Assembly: GCA_016207825.1 (NCBI GenBank)
Contig: JACQZI010000005.1
Span: 1,122-65,121 of the forward strand
Direction: 5' to 3'
From: Planctomycetota bacterium
GTDB taxonomy: Bacteria; Planctomycetota; MHYJ01; JACQXL01; JACQZI01
Length of the DNA stretch: 64,000 bases
This document shows positions 8,535-18,157 of this stretch, in pieces. Positions within the stretch are counted from its first letter, which is position 1. The number at the start of each line of letters is the position of its first letter. The notes under the pieces were generated by a model. That model made no database searches. It saw nothing but the letters and a program-made list of their open reading frames with translations, and was not told the origin of the DNA. Made by a program: the position numbers and the translations under genes.

Positions 8535-10673
8535 TTTCCTCATTATATCCTTTATCATCTCAGGCGTCAGCTTCAGTCTCTTAAGCTTTACGCCCTCATT
8601 CAATCTCAATGCCTGTTTGTAAGCCTCAAGCGCTGCCGGGATTTCATCAATCGCCTCAAGCGCTTTGCCAAGCCTATACATATATTCCGGCTTGGTCGGG
8701 TATAAAGAAACCGCATTACTGAAACATTCCGCGCTTTCCTTTAGCCTCTCATCTCGCCGGCGCATGAAAGAAACCTTTTGCGCGATATCCGATTCTGTTT
8801 TAATCCATTCCGCTAACATCTCCGCATCCTCCTGCAGAAACGTCCCTTTCATAAAATAAAGCGAGGCGGAAAACGGGCTTAGTTCTATTGCCTTATTAAT
8901 ATATCCATAAATAACTTTCTGCCATACGTCAAACCTTACTTTTTCCGGCTTATTAACCATATGTAAAAAAGGAGCCATTACTAGATTCGGCCTGATATCC
9001 CAAGTATTACTCTCCAACGCCATGGCTAACTTTTTTCCCGCTTCCACCCTGCCGGATATCAATTCTTCCTGGCTCATATCAATCATATAATCAACCAATA
9101 TCAACCTCGGCACAAGCCACAGGTTCACCAGAAAAACTATGGCAAGTGCGACTGCCAATACCGTTGCCTTAAGCACGAAACCGGTTTTGATGATATGCTC
9201 TTTACTTTTAAATACCAGCCCCACCAGCAATCCCCCGGCCAGCCAGATGCTCATGGAAAGCCCGGCCTCGGAGAAGTTAAAATCAACCAAACTATGCAAA
9301 AGGAATCCGCAAATCCCGGCAATCAATCCCGTAATGTAATAATTAGTGATGGGTATCCTATATATTAAAAGGAAAGAAACCAGCCAGATGATAAAGAATA
9401 CAGCCAACCCTATTTCCGGGATATCCGATATGGCAAAGACTCCCTGAAATGCCTGTGCCAATAAGAATGCAACGAACGCCCCTATGATAACGCCTACCAC
9501 CACACCTTTTCCCTCTCCCCCTCTGGGAGATGCCGGGAGAGGGGTATTTTCCTCTGTTTTAAGATTGTTTATCCCCTTAAACCCGCGGATAAGGATAATA
9601 AGCCAGATAGTGCAAAAAGTTATAATGCCGATAATTCCCAATTCGGAAAACACTTCCAATAAAACATTATGCGCCGTAGTCGTTTCCCCTGCCCAGACCG
9701 GCTTATACATCGTATAGGGGTCGGCGAAGTTGGACAGCCCCACCCCGGTCCATAAATTATTCTTAATCACCCCCCAGGCGCCTTGCCAGTAGCCGAACCG
9801 GGTTTGCATAGATTCGTTCCCCCAAAGTGCCCAGAATAATACCGCCAGCCCGATAATCACAACAGGCGGCACGATAAAACGCAACGGTTTATTGAATCGA
9901 TTCCACAACGCGATTGTAAACAATAAGATAATGCTTATGAGGGCCGCCACCCAGGCGCCTTTTGCGCCCGTTGAGTAAAGAATGAAGCTCATAAGGACAA
10001 GCAATAACCAATAACCAATTACCAATTTCCAATTACGTTTAAGAAACGAATAGATGGAACACGCTAAAAAAATCGGGATAACCAAAACGAGAAATCCACC
10101 CAAAGAGTTCTGGTAGATAAAAGTCCCGAAAGGCTCGTTGGCATTGACGCGTGACATGAATTCTTCCTCTAATTCCTGCGGGACACTCGTCCCTCCTGAG
10201 GAATTCGCAATAATCGTTTGTCTCATCTCCTCCAATCCCCAGAGATACTGGTAAAGGGCGAAACAAACTATCACCGCTCCGGTCGCCAGGAAAACACCGC
10301 TTATTAGACGAACAACTGACAACTGATAACTGACAACTCCCATTACGAGTTGTATGACCAGATAAAACAGCATTATATCGCCCAGCCAGATAAAAGCCGT
10401 GCCGAATGCCGCGAATTTGTATCCTGCCCATAAAGGCGAAAGGATAATCGTTATAGCCCAGACCAAAAGCAATCCGCCCAAGCCCAAAAGATTAATCAGC
10501 CTAAGCTCACCTGAAAACGCCTGATAAACCAGACGAATAAGAAAGGCAATAATGATAAAAGAAGTGATAAAGATATTCACTCCGGTTCCGGCAGTGCTCC
10601 CGCAGACCAGGAGTTTTAGGACTATGGCGCAGCTCAAAAGCCCCAAGACCAATAGATGAAAAATACGTGCCAT
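8520..10673 (-). CDS. O-antigen ligase (Wzy_C)-family membrane protein with C-terminal TPR
   Basis: About 12 TM helices; GTFIYQNSLGG, GVGLSNF, AHNVLLEVFSELGIIG, HSLVDFNF motifs. Confidence 0.88.
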   Translation of the reverse strand: MARIFHLLVLGLLSCAIVLKLLVCGSTAGTGVNIFITSFIIIAFLIRLVYQAFSGELRLINLLGLGGLLLVWAITIILSPLWAGYKFAAFGTAFIWLGDIMLFYLVIQLVMGVVSYQLSVVRLISGVFLATGAVIVCFALYQYLWGLEEMRQTIIANSSGGTSVPQELEEEFMSRVNANEPFGTFIYQNSLGGFLVLVIPIFLACSIYSFLKRNWKLVIGYWLLLVLMSFILYSTGAKGAWVAALISIILLFTIALWNRFNKPLRFIVPPVVIIGLAVLFWALWGNESMQTRFGYWQGAWGVIKNNLWTGVGLSNFADPYTMYKPVWAGETTTAHNVLLEVFSELGIIGIITFCTIWLIILIRGFKGINNLKTEENTPLPASPRGGEGKGVVVGVIIGAFVAFLLAQAFQGVFAISDIPEIGLAVFFIIWLVSFLLIYRIPITNYYITGLIAGICGFLLHSLVDFNFSEAGLSMSIWLAGGLLVGLVFKSKEHIIKTGFVLKATVLAVALAIVFLVNLWLVPRLILVDYMIDMSQEELISGRVEAGKKLAMALESNTWDIRPNLVMAPFLHMVNKPEKVRFDVWQKVIYGYINKAIELSPFSASLYFMKGTFLQEDAEMLAEWIKTESDIAQKVSFMRRRDERLKESAECFSNAVSLYPTKPEYMYRLGKALEAIDEIPAALEAYKQALRLNEGVKLKRLKLTPEMIKDIMRKSSLR

Positions 10674-10846
10674 GATGGCTATAGTATAGATATTTTCCCC
10701 CTGTCTTCAAGTAAAATACTTCACCGGCTGTTAAACGGCCCCAACAGAATACTTTTTAACCCATAACTAATTTAACTTTAAACTCCGGTAAATTATTGAC
10801 ATTTCCGCTAACAATGATATCTTACCGTAAAAAGATTGGATAAACC

Positions 10847-11500
10847 ATGGAAAGAATACCAACCAGACATGTTCTGCAAAACACCGTCGTACAGTGGATA
10901 GTTTCCATAGCTATTTACCTGGCGCTCGGCGGGTTTTTCATGTGGTATTACTCTGTGCGAGGCTACTCTTACGATTTATTTACAGTCAATAAAGGCATCG
11001 CCCTGGCGGCGCTTTTTTCGATATGCATTTCCATATCCCTGGGGCCTCTTTCCAGGTTTATCATTTTCATCGGCAAACTTTTACCCTACCGGCGCACCCT
11101 GGGAATGATTGGCGCATACATGGTTGTTGCGCATATAACGCTTTCGTTTTTCTTTCTCCCTGAAATATTTCCCCTGGAATGGTTCCTGGAACACTGGCCG
11201 ACTATCATCTTCTGCATCCCGGCCGTTTTACTGCTCCTGATGATTGCCCTGCTTTCCTATCCATCGGGATTTAAATGGCTGGTTAAAAAGAAATTACAGT
11301 TCTTTCCGAAATTCGTCTGGCTTGCACTGGGTTTTGCTTTAGGGCATATCCTCTTTTTAGGGAAAATACCTGATTGGATAGAATGGATTAAAACATTTTA
11401 CACTCCTTTGCCCCATGCTACCTTACCGGCAAGTATTTTTTGTATCATAGTGCTATTTTTGAAATTGCTCGATATCATATGGGGTAAACGAAACCATTAA
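10847..11500 (+). CDS. Ferric reductase-like / MsrQ-like heme-binding membrane protein
   Basis: SLGPLSRF, YRRTLGM...VAH and GH heme-ligand motifs; about 6 TM helices. Confidence 0.75.
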   Translation: MERIPTRHVLQNTVVQWIVSIAIYLALGGFFMWYYSVRGYSYDLFTVNKGIALAALFSICISISLGPLSRFIIFIGKLLPYRRTLGMIGAYMVVAHITLSFFFLPEIFPLEWFLEHWPTIIFCIPAVLLLLMIALLSYPSGFKWLVKKKLQFFPKFVWLALGFALGHILFLGKIPDWIEWIKTFYTPLPHATLPASIFCIIVLFLKLLDIIWGKRNH

Positions 11501-11792
11501 AAAACGCCCCTGTTGTGTTTCAACTGTCTCATTTATCATAAAGCCTCATTTACTTTAAAAGAAACCGATTTTTCCAAACTTCAATATATCTCACTACCTA
11601 ATACCATATAATCATTGGTGTTATGATAAGGTAGGATTTAAATATCTGTCTCAATAACAATAATTTAAGCCAGAACAGTCTCATTAATAGCGATTAAATG
11701 ATACAGTTTTATCACATAATTTAACTATCGTCTTTTATTTAATGCCTTTATTTATAATGGGTTAGATACATCTACAGCATTTATACTCTTAT

Positions 11793-11808
11793 TGGCACGA
11801 TATTTGCT
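11793..11808 (+). promoter_or_regulatory. Sigma54 (-24/-12) promoter
   Basis: TGGCACGATATTTGCT, identical to the motifs at 2867 and 17897. Confidence 0.85.
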
Positions 11809-11820
11809 ATATTATAGCTT

Positions 11821-13548
11821 ATGTTGCATACTAGAATGATAACACCCCTATCAAAGATAAATCTCTTTATCAAAGGAAGGGCAAACTGGTTTACAATAGC
11901 GCTCTTTTTTTTATTATTAAGCATCATCAGTTTTGGTATTAGCGGTTTTTGCAATAAATATGAAGGAAATGAAACCGAAGTCGGAAGCAGCGGGATAAGC
12001 CAGATTACTTCGCCTGCACCGCCCGGCGGAACGGTTGATATCCCGATTACCGCCACACTCTCGTGGGAAATTGTTCCCGGTGCAACTCATTATGCGGTTT
12101 ATTTCGGTTTAACTACGGACGGCTTGAGCCCGGTTACAAATACGATGTTGACTAATTATGAGCCGGGAATTCTTGAATATAACACTACTTATTACTGGCG
12201 GGTAGATCCTAATAACATTAATCAGGTTGTCATCGGACAATTGTGGTCTTTTACTACGATGGCTCAAGCAACAAATTCTCCGCCGCAGGCAAACACTCCC
12301 AATCCGGCAAATGGCGCCACTAATATTCCAGCTGCCTGCCAGCTTTCCTGGGCTGCGGCAACCGGGACGAATTCTTATACGATTTATTGCGGAACATCCT
12401 CTCCTCCTCCCTTAGTAACAACCTCCACAGTAACAGCTTATCATCCGGGTATTCTTGCCTACAACACCACCTATTACTGGCGGATAGATTCCAATAATAA
12501 CGCTGGGACCACCCAGGGAGTAGTATGGAGTTTTAAAACCAAAGCACCGCCGGTAAATCCGCCAGCTCAGGCAACAAATCCAACGCCGGCGAATGGCGCA
12601 ACGAATATTATTGCAAATACCCAACTATCATGGGCTATGGCCACCGATGCCACTTCTTATGACGTGTATTTCGGAACAGTTAACCCGCCGCCGCTCAAAA
12701 TAACCACCCTTGACACAACCTATAACCCGGGAACGCTTAATAATAATACCGCTTATTATTGGCGGGTAAATTCCAAGAATATCGTCGGAACCACCCAGGG
12801 AGCAGTATGGAACTTTACCACACGGGCACAAGAAACCGCTCCCAATCCGCCATCCGGATTAACGGCTACGGCATTATCATCTTCCCAGGTGGTCATCTCC
12901 TGGACCGATAATTCCGGCGATGAAACCGGCTTTATCGTGGAACGCAAAACCGGTCCCGCCGGCACATATGCGGTAATTACCACTCTGCCTGCAAATACCG
13001 GTGTGTACACGGATATCAGCGCAGCGCCCTTCACCACCTACTATTACCGGCTGGCGGCATGCAATGCCTCAGGAAATAGCGCTTATTCCAATGAAGCTTC
13101 TGCCGTCACTTTCAACCGGATTGCTTCCGGCACTATGGTCCTGCAGTGGAAAGCCGAAGGCGACAATCTCAGAATCAGGGTCAGCGCACCGGCTACCGGC
13201 TGGATCTCTGTCGGGTTTGACGCGACTAATAGGCATCAGGACGCAAATATCATCATAGGTTACATCAGTAACGGCAGGCTGTTTATCCAAGACGATTACG
13301 GCACAGGCTCCACCACCCACTCCTCCGATATTTCGCTGGGCGGGACCGATAACATCACGGAGAAAACCGGCGCCGAAGCCAACGGGACCACCGAACTGGT
13401 TTTTACGATTCCGCTTAATTCAGGCGATTCACGCGATAAACCGCTCGTTGTCGGCAATAGTTATAATGTAATACTGGGTTACGGCAACACGGATAATTTT
13501 ACCGGCATGCATGCGTTCGCTAGAACTATAAATATAAAGATTCAATGA
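11821..13548 (+). CDS. Secreted protein: three FN3-like repeats (YYWRVD), FN3 and C-terminal DOMON domain
   Basis: Repeated LSW...YxVYFG...YYWRVD units; GWISVGF...ANIIIG...FTGMH DOMON motifs; exact start uncertain. Confidence 0.85.
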   Translation: MLHTRMITPLSKINLFIKGRANWFTIALFFLLLSIISFGISGFCNKYEGNETEVGSSGISQITSPAPPGGTVDIPITATLSWEIVPGATHYAVYFGLTTDGLSPVTNTMLTNYEPGILEYNTTYYWRVDPNNINQVVIGQLWSFTTMAQATNSPPQANTPNPANGATNIPAACQLSWAAATGTNSYTIYCGTSSPPPLVTTSTVTAYHPGILAYNTTYYWRIDSNNNAGTTQGVVWSFKTKAPPVNPPAQATNPTPANGATNIIANTQLSWAMATDATSYDVYFGTVNPPPLKITTLDTTYNPGTLNNNTAYYWRVNSKNIVGTTQGAVWNFTTRAQETAPNPPSGLTATALSSSQVVISWTDNSGDETGFIVERKTGPAGTYAVITTLPANTGVYTDISAAPFTTYYYRLAACNASGNSAYSNEASAVTFNRIASGTMVLQWKAEGDNLRIRVSAPATGWISVGFDATNRHQDANIIIGYISNGRLFIQDDYGTGSTTHSSDISLGGTDNITEKTGAEANGTTELVFTIPLNSGDSRDKPLVVGNSYNVILGYGNTDNFTGMHAFARTINIKIQ

Positions 13549-13576
13549 GCTTTTTTAAGCAGAAAGGATTCTCGGC

Positions 13577-14353
13577 ATGAAAAAGATATTAGTGGTTTTA
13601 GGCTTGCTGGCATTACTCGCCCAGTCCGTATCGGCAGATGAAGCAGAAAACGCGCCATCCGAATTAACGGCAACTTCCTTATCTTCTTCCGAGGTCGTTA
13701 TCTCTTGGTCGGATAATTCCTCTGATGAAACCGGCTTTGTCATCGAACGCAAAACTGCTGTCACCGGCACTTATGCGGCGATTGTCACAACGACCGCCAA
13801 TACGACCGTTTATACCGATACCGCGCTGTCATCATTCACCACGTATTATTACCGCCTCTCGGCAGTTAATGACACGGAAACGAGCGCCTATTCCAATGAG
13901 GTTCCTGCCGTTACATTCAACCGGACGACTGCCGGTGATATGGTTCTGCAGTGGAAAGCCGAAGGCAATAATCTCAGAATCAGGGTCAGCGCACCGACTG
14001 CCGGCTGGGTTGCAGTCGGTTTTAAAACTGCCGCGGGCAAAAAGGACGCTAATATCATCATGGGATACGTTAAAAAGAACGGGGTATTTATCGAGGATAA
14101 TTACGGCATAGGCGCCACGAACCACGCCGCCGATACTGCCGGGGGAGGAACCGATAACGTCACGGAGAAAACCGGCACCGAAGCCAAAGGGACCACCGAA
14201 CTGGTTTTCACTATCCCGCTCGATTCCGGCGATGACCGGGATAAAAAACTCGTCGTCGGCAATACCTACAATACGATGCTGGCTTACGGCAAAACGGATA
14301 ATTTTACCGGCATGCATACGTTTTTCAGGGTCATAAAGATAAAAATCCAATGA
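13577..14353 (+). CDS. Secreted FN3 + DOMON protein
   Basis: Signal peptide; paralogous to the C-terminal half of 11821..13548. Confidence 0.88.
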   Translation: MKKILVVLGLLALLAQSVSADEAENAPSELTATSLSSSEVVISWSDNSSDETGFVIERKTAVTGTYAAIVTTTANTTVYTDTALSSFTTYYYRLSAVNDTETSAYSNEVPAVTFNRTTAGDMVLQWKAEGNNLRIRVSAPTAGWVAVGFKTAAGKKDANIIMGYVKKNGVFIEDNYGIGATNHAADTAGGGTDNVTEKTGTEAKGTTELVFTIPLDSGDDRDKKLVVGNTYNTMLAYGKTDNFTGMHTFFRVIKIKIQ

Positions 14354-15132
14354 TAAAAAAAATATTGCCTATCTTGCTCCTGGTTGGATTAATTATCCTG
14401 CCGGTCTTGGCGGATGAACCGGAAGAGGAGACGGAAGAAGAATCCCTGGAATATGTTTATTTTCCTTCAGAAATGATTAACCTGAAAATGCCCAACCAGC
14501 AGGAGCCGCATTCGCTGATTTTCATCATCACGCACCGCTTCTACGGTGAGTTAAACCATAACCCCATGGAAACCGCCAACCTCTTATTCGGCATTAAATA
14601 TATCGCTTCTCCCAAGGTGGAACTGGAAGCGCTCTACGGAATGAACCAGAATGAATACAGCATCGGCGCCGGTTATTATTTCCTGAACTCAGGGATTATA
14701 CACGGCCAATTCAATGCCACCCTTTTTGATTATAAGGACATTGCCTTTGAAGAAAGAAGCATCAATGCTTTTTACCAGCTCTCTATGGATACCAAGCCGC
14801 TTTTCAAGCATGTTACGCCGGTGGTTAATGCCGGTTATGACGGCTACTATGAAAGGTTCGGCTACGGCTTCGGCTTAAAAATAGCTTTCAATATCGCGAA
14901 CTCAACGGTAAAAAAAGTAAACATCATCAGCGAATATTATCCTATTACGGATCCCGAAGCAGGAATCACCCAGCCCAAGCCGGTCTCCTGTTTCGGCATC
15001 GGCATAGATACCTTCCGGCACAATTTTGTCCTCCAGGTGACTAACGGCAACGAAGCGGGTGTCAGGCGGCTTATGCTGGGCGCGCCTGACGACGAGCTTC
15101 ACTTCGGTTTTAATATACTCGTGAAATTCTGA
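14350..15132 (+). CDS. Putative outer-membrane beta-barrel (DUF5777-like)
   Basis: ITHRF, SEYYP, TFRHNF.L..TN and terminal FGFNILVKF beta-signal; signal peptide. Confidence 0.7.
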   Translation: MIKKILPILLLVGLIILPVLADEPEEETEEESLEYVYFPSEMINLKMPNQQEPHSLIFIITHRFYGELNHNPMETANLLFGIKYIASPKVELEALYGMNQNEYSIGAGYYFLNSGIIHGQFNATLFDYKDIAFEERSINAFYQLSMDTKPLFKHVTPVVNAGYDGYYERFGYGFGLKIAFNIANSTVKKVNIISEYYPITDPEAGITQPKPVSCFGIGIDTFRHNFVLQVTNGNEAGVRRLMLGAPDDELHFGFNILVKF

Positions 15133-15146
15133 AAGGATGGCGTGGC

Positions 15147-15683
15147 ATGAAAAAAATAGTATTGGCTCTTTTCTGTCTGGCAATAATGGCAATCAATAAT
15201 GGTTTCAGTTGCAATACCCACGACGAACAGGTGTCATCCGGCTCTTCCGGCGCCGCCGTAGGACAGGTGACGGCCGCGGGTGTTACCATGAAGTGGTCTG
15301 TGGTGGGAACCGATTTATCCGTAACACTCAGCGCCCAGACTGCCGGCTGGGTCGCGGTCGGGTTTAACCCTACCAACAGGCACCAGGGCGCCAATATTAT
15401 CATCGGCTATGTCAGCGGAGGCGTGGCATTTATCGAGGACAACTTCGGCAACGGCCCTACCACCCATGTTACCGATGGAATCCAAAACGTTACGGAAAAA
15501 ACCGGGACCGAGGCCGGCGGCATTACCGAAATAAGTTTTAAAATACCGCTTAATTCCGGCGACGCCCAGGACCAGCCGCTGGTTGTTGGGACCAACTGCA
15601 CGATAATATTGGCTTACGGTCCGGCGGATAATTTCACCACCCAACACACCAGTATGGGGACTGCGCTTATCAGAATCCAATAA
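15147..15683 (+). CDS. DOMON domain lipoprotein/secreted protein
   Basis: GWVAVGF...ANIIIG...FTTQH; possible lipobox GFSC. Confidence 0.85.
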   Translation: MKKIVLALFCLAIMAINNGFSCNTHDEQVSSGSSGAAVGQVTAAGVTMKWSVVGTDLSVTLSAQTAGWVAVGFNPTNRHQGANIIIGYVSGGVAFIEDNFGNGPTTHVTDGIQNVTEKTGTEAGGITEISFKIPLNSGDAQDQPLVVGTNCTIILAYGPADNFTTQHTSMGTALIRIQ

Positions 15684-15746
15684 TCCAGGCGATGATTTCC
15701 CGTTTACTACTTGACAATCACCCATTTTTTCTATATAACCAATATC

Positions 15747-17771
15747 ATGAAAACCGGAAAGCCTCTATCCGACCAGCCCGACAGCCTGCCTGCCGGAAAG
15801 GCAGGTCTGGCGGGTTACCTGGAACAAATCAAATCCGCCAATACCAAACAAAACTGGATTCAAGTAAAGCGCCTGGGGAAAATCGTTTTAAAAAACCTGC
15901 CTAATCTGGCTTATTCTCCATCCGAAGAATATCTTTTGTTTCGCCGGCTGGGTGTCGCCCATTATCATTTGGCGGAATATTCAAACTCCCTGGACTTTTT
16001 CTACAAAGCATTCCTGGCCGCCTTCAGGCATAAACTCAACCAAGCCGATATCGCCTGCGCGATTTTTATGATGGGAAGCAATTTTATCGCTATCAGGAAT
16101 ATACCGCAAGCCCTGGCTCATTTCCAGAAAGTGGAAGAATACTATAAAAAATACGGGGATAATAATCCTCCGATGGATAAAGATATCTATATTGATACGC
16201 TTTTAAGCCTGGCGTATTGTTATCTATATAAAAATGATACGGAAAAAGCACGTGAGATTATAGAAGAAAAACTTTCTGTTTACCGGCCGGACGCGTTTGA
16301 CGGAATCAGCTTTATAGATTACACCCACCTTAAAGGGGAATATCTGGCGGCAGCCGAAAAATACGCCGATGCCCGTAAATGTTTTGACGAATGTATCACG
16401 ATGGGAAAACAAATTAACTTCCCGGTAAGCATCCTCGAAGCAAAAATACACCTGGCCCTAATTGATATCATGGAAAGCGAAACAGATAGCGGCATCCAAA
16501 CCTTGCGCGCCGTAATGAAAGAAAGCCGGAAGTTAAAGCTAAACGACCTCTTCTGTGAATCAGGGCTCCTTTTAAGCAAATGTTACATCATTCAAGGTCT
16601 TCCCGATAAAGCCGTGCTTATCGAAAACAGGATTAAGCTTAATTTGTCCAAACTTGACACGGTTTGGCTCTATGAAAAAATGCGCGAGTTCGAAAAACTC
16701 TACCGCCAATTAACCACCGTATCGAAAGTCAAATCGCAAATCGCTCCCGAAATACTCGTTCGCACCCTTAATTCACGTTATGAAAAATCACCCCATAAAG
16801 AAATTGTCATAGGCGTCACTCCCTTAATGCAGGAAATCTGGCAACTGTTAGAAAAAATTGCTCCGACCGATTTGCCCGTTTTAATCCAGGGGGAAACCGG
16901 CACGGGAAAAGAACTCATCGCCCGCGCTATCCACCAAAACAGCCTGCGGGCATCCCGTTCCTGCCTCGGATTTAATTCCGGAGCGGTTGCCGAAACTCTT
17001 TTGGAAAGCACGCTTTTCGGCCATGCCAAAGGCGCTTTTACCGGCGCTATTGAAGAGAAAAAAGGCTATATTGAACTCGCCTCCGGCGGAACGCTTTTCG
17101 TGGATGAGATTGCCAATATGTCGCTTGGTATGCAGCAAAAACTTCTAAGGGTCATGGAAGAAAAACTTCTCTGGCGTGTCGGTGACTCAAAACCAATTCA
17201 GATAGATACCCGTTTTATCTTTGCCAGCAATCAGGATATTGAGCAGATGGTCAAGAACAAAACCTTCCGTGAAGACCTGTTCTATCGTATCAACGCCATT
17301 GTAATTAACCTTCCGCCTCTGCGCGAACGCGGGGATGACATTCCCTTGCTGATAAACCACTTCCTCTCCAAATATAAAACGCATGACGCCCAACGCATGA
17401 CGCAAGACTCACAACGCATAACGCCCGACGCACAACGCCTCCTCTCCTCCTACCCCTGGCCCGGCAATATCCGCGAACTGGAAAACGAGATAAAACGTAT
17501 CTGCGTATTATACCCAAATGCAAAAACCATCGAAGAACCAATACTCTCAGATTCAATCAGAAATTATAAAAAAACGCCCGAACCGTTTAAACAAATCTTG
17601 AACATGAAAGAAGCAACTGATGCCTTCCAAAGGAGCCTTATCATCGAAACGATTAGCCAATGCCAGGGCAATATGACCCAAGCCGCCCGCCAGCTCGGCT
17701 ATGCGCGCCAAAGCCTTTACGATAAAATGAAACAGCTTAAGATAACTCCGGAAACTGTCGTGAAAAAGTAA
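15747..17771 (+). CDS. Sigma54-dependent TPR enhancer-binding protein (copy 2)
   Basis: GETGTGKE, GAFTGA, WPGNIRELEN, HTH; likely ATG at 15747, 7 nt after a TTGACA-N17-TATAAC promoter. Confidence 0.93.
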   Translation: MKTGKPLSDQPDSLPAGKAGLAGYLEQIKSANTKQNWIQVKRLGKIVLKNLPNLAYSPSEEYLLFRRLGVAHYHLAEYSNSLDFFYKAFLAAFRHKLNQADIACAIFMMGSNFIAIRNIPQALAHFQKVEEYYKKYGDNNPPMDKDIYIDTLLSLAYCYLYKNDTEKAREIIEEKLSVYRPDAFDGISFIDYTHLKGEYLAAAEKYADARKCFDECITMGKQINFPVSILEAKIHLALIDIMESETDSGIQTLRAVMKESRKLKLNDLFCESGLLLSKCYIIQGLPDKAVLIENRIKLNLSKLDTVWLYEKMREFEKLYRQLTTVSKVKSQIAPEILVRTLNSRYEKSPHKEIVIGVTPLMQEIWQLLEKIAPTDLPVLIQGETGTGKELIARAIHQNSLRASRSCLGFNSGAVAETLLESTLFGHAKGAFTGAIEEKKGYIELASGGTLFVDEIANMSLGMQQKLLRVMEEKLLWRVGDSKPIQIDTRFIFASNQDIEQMVKNKTFREDLFYRINAIVINLPPLRERGDDIPLLINHFLSKYKTHDAQRMTQDSQRITPDAQRLLSSYPWPGNIRELENEIKRICVLYPNAKTIEEPILSDSIRNYKKTPEPFKQILNMKEATDAFQRSLIIETISQCQGNMTQAARQLGYARQSLYDKMKQLKITPETVVKK

Positions 17772-17775
17772 CACC

Positions 17776-17793
17776 TGTCAGATTTCCCTGACA
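17776..17793. promoter_or_regulatory. Putative enhancer palindrome (UAS)
   Basis: Perfect TGTCAG-N6-CTGACA about 105-120 bp upstream of the sigma54 promoter. Confidence 0.6.
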
Positions 17794-17896
17794 CCACCCG
17801 TCAAAACTAATTCATACTATATTTGCTCTTTCAGCCTAACTCCTTTATTCATATCAAATTAGGGCTTGTCGGTATTTCTCTGTTTTTAGGCATTTC

Positions 17897-17912
17897 TGGC
17901 ACGATATTTGCT
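17897..17912 (+). promoter_or_regulatory. Sigma54 (-24/-12) promoter
   Basis: TGGCACGATATTTGCT. Confidence 0.9.
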
Positions 17913-18015
17913 ATACATTATAGTTGATAAGAAATAAGGTGATAAGTTAATACGAGGCTATGCTCCTTATAAACTTATTATCGTATCAACTTATATACTT
18001 ACAAGGAGAACTGTT

Positions 18016-18142
18016 ATGAATAAAACAACATTAAACACCTGTCTCGGAAGAATGGATTTATCTCTTCCCGCAAACTAATTCTGAAGAGCATTATTTCTTT
18101 AAAAATGGCTGTTTAGTGAGCTGGAAGAAAACCGCCGTATGA
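18016..18142 (+). pseudogene. Internally deleted, frameshifted copy of the small BamE-like ORF
   Basis: Starts MNKTTLN as in 2538..2750, jumps to the EEWIY region out of frame (early TAA), and ends with the same KKTAV-TGA DNA. Confidence 0.85.
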
Positions 18143-18157
18143 AAATGGAGGTGATTT

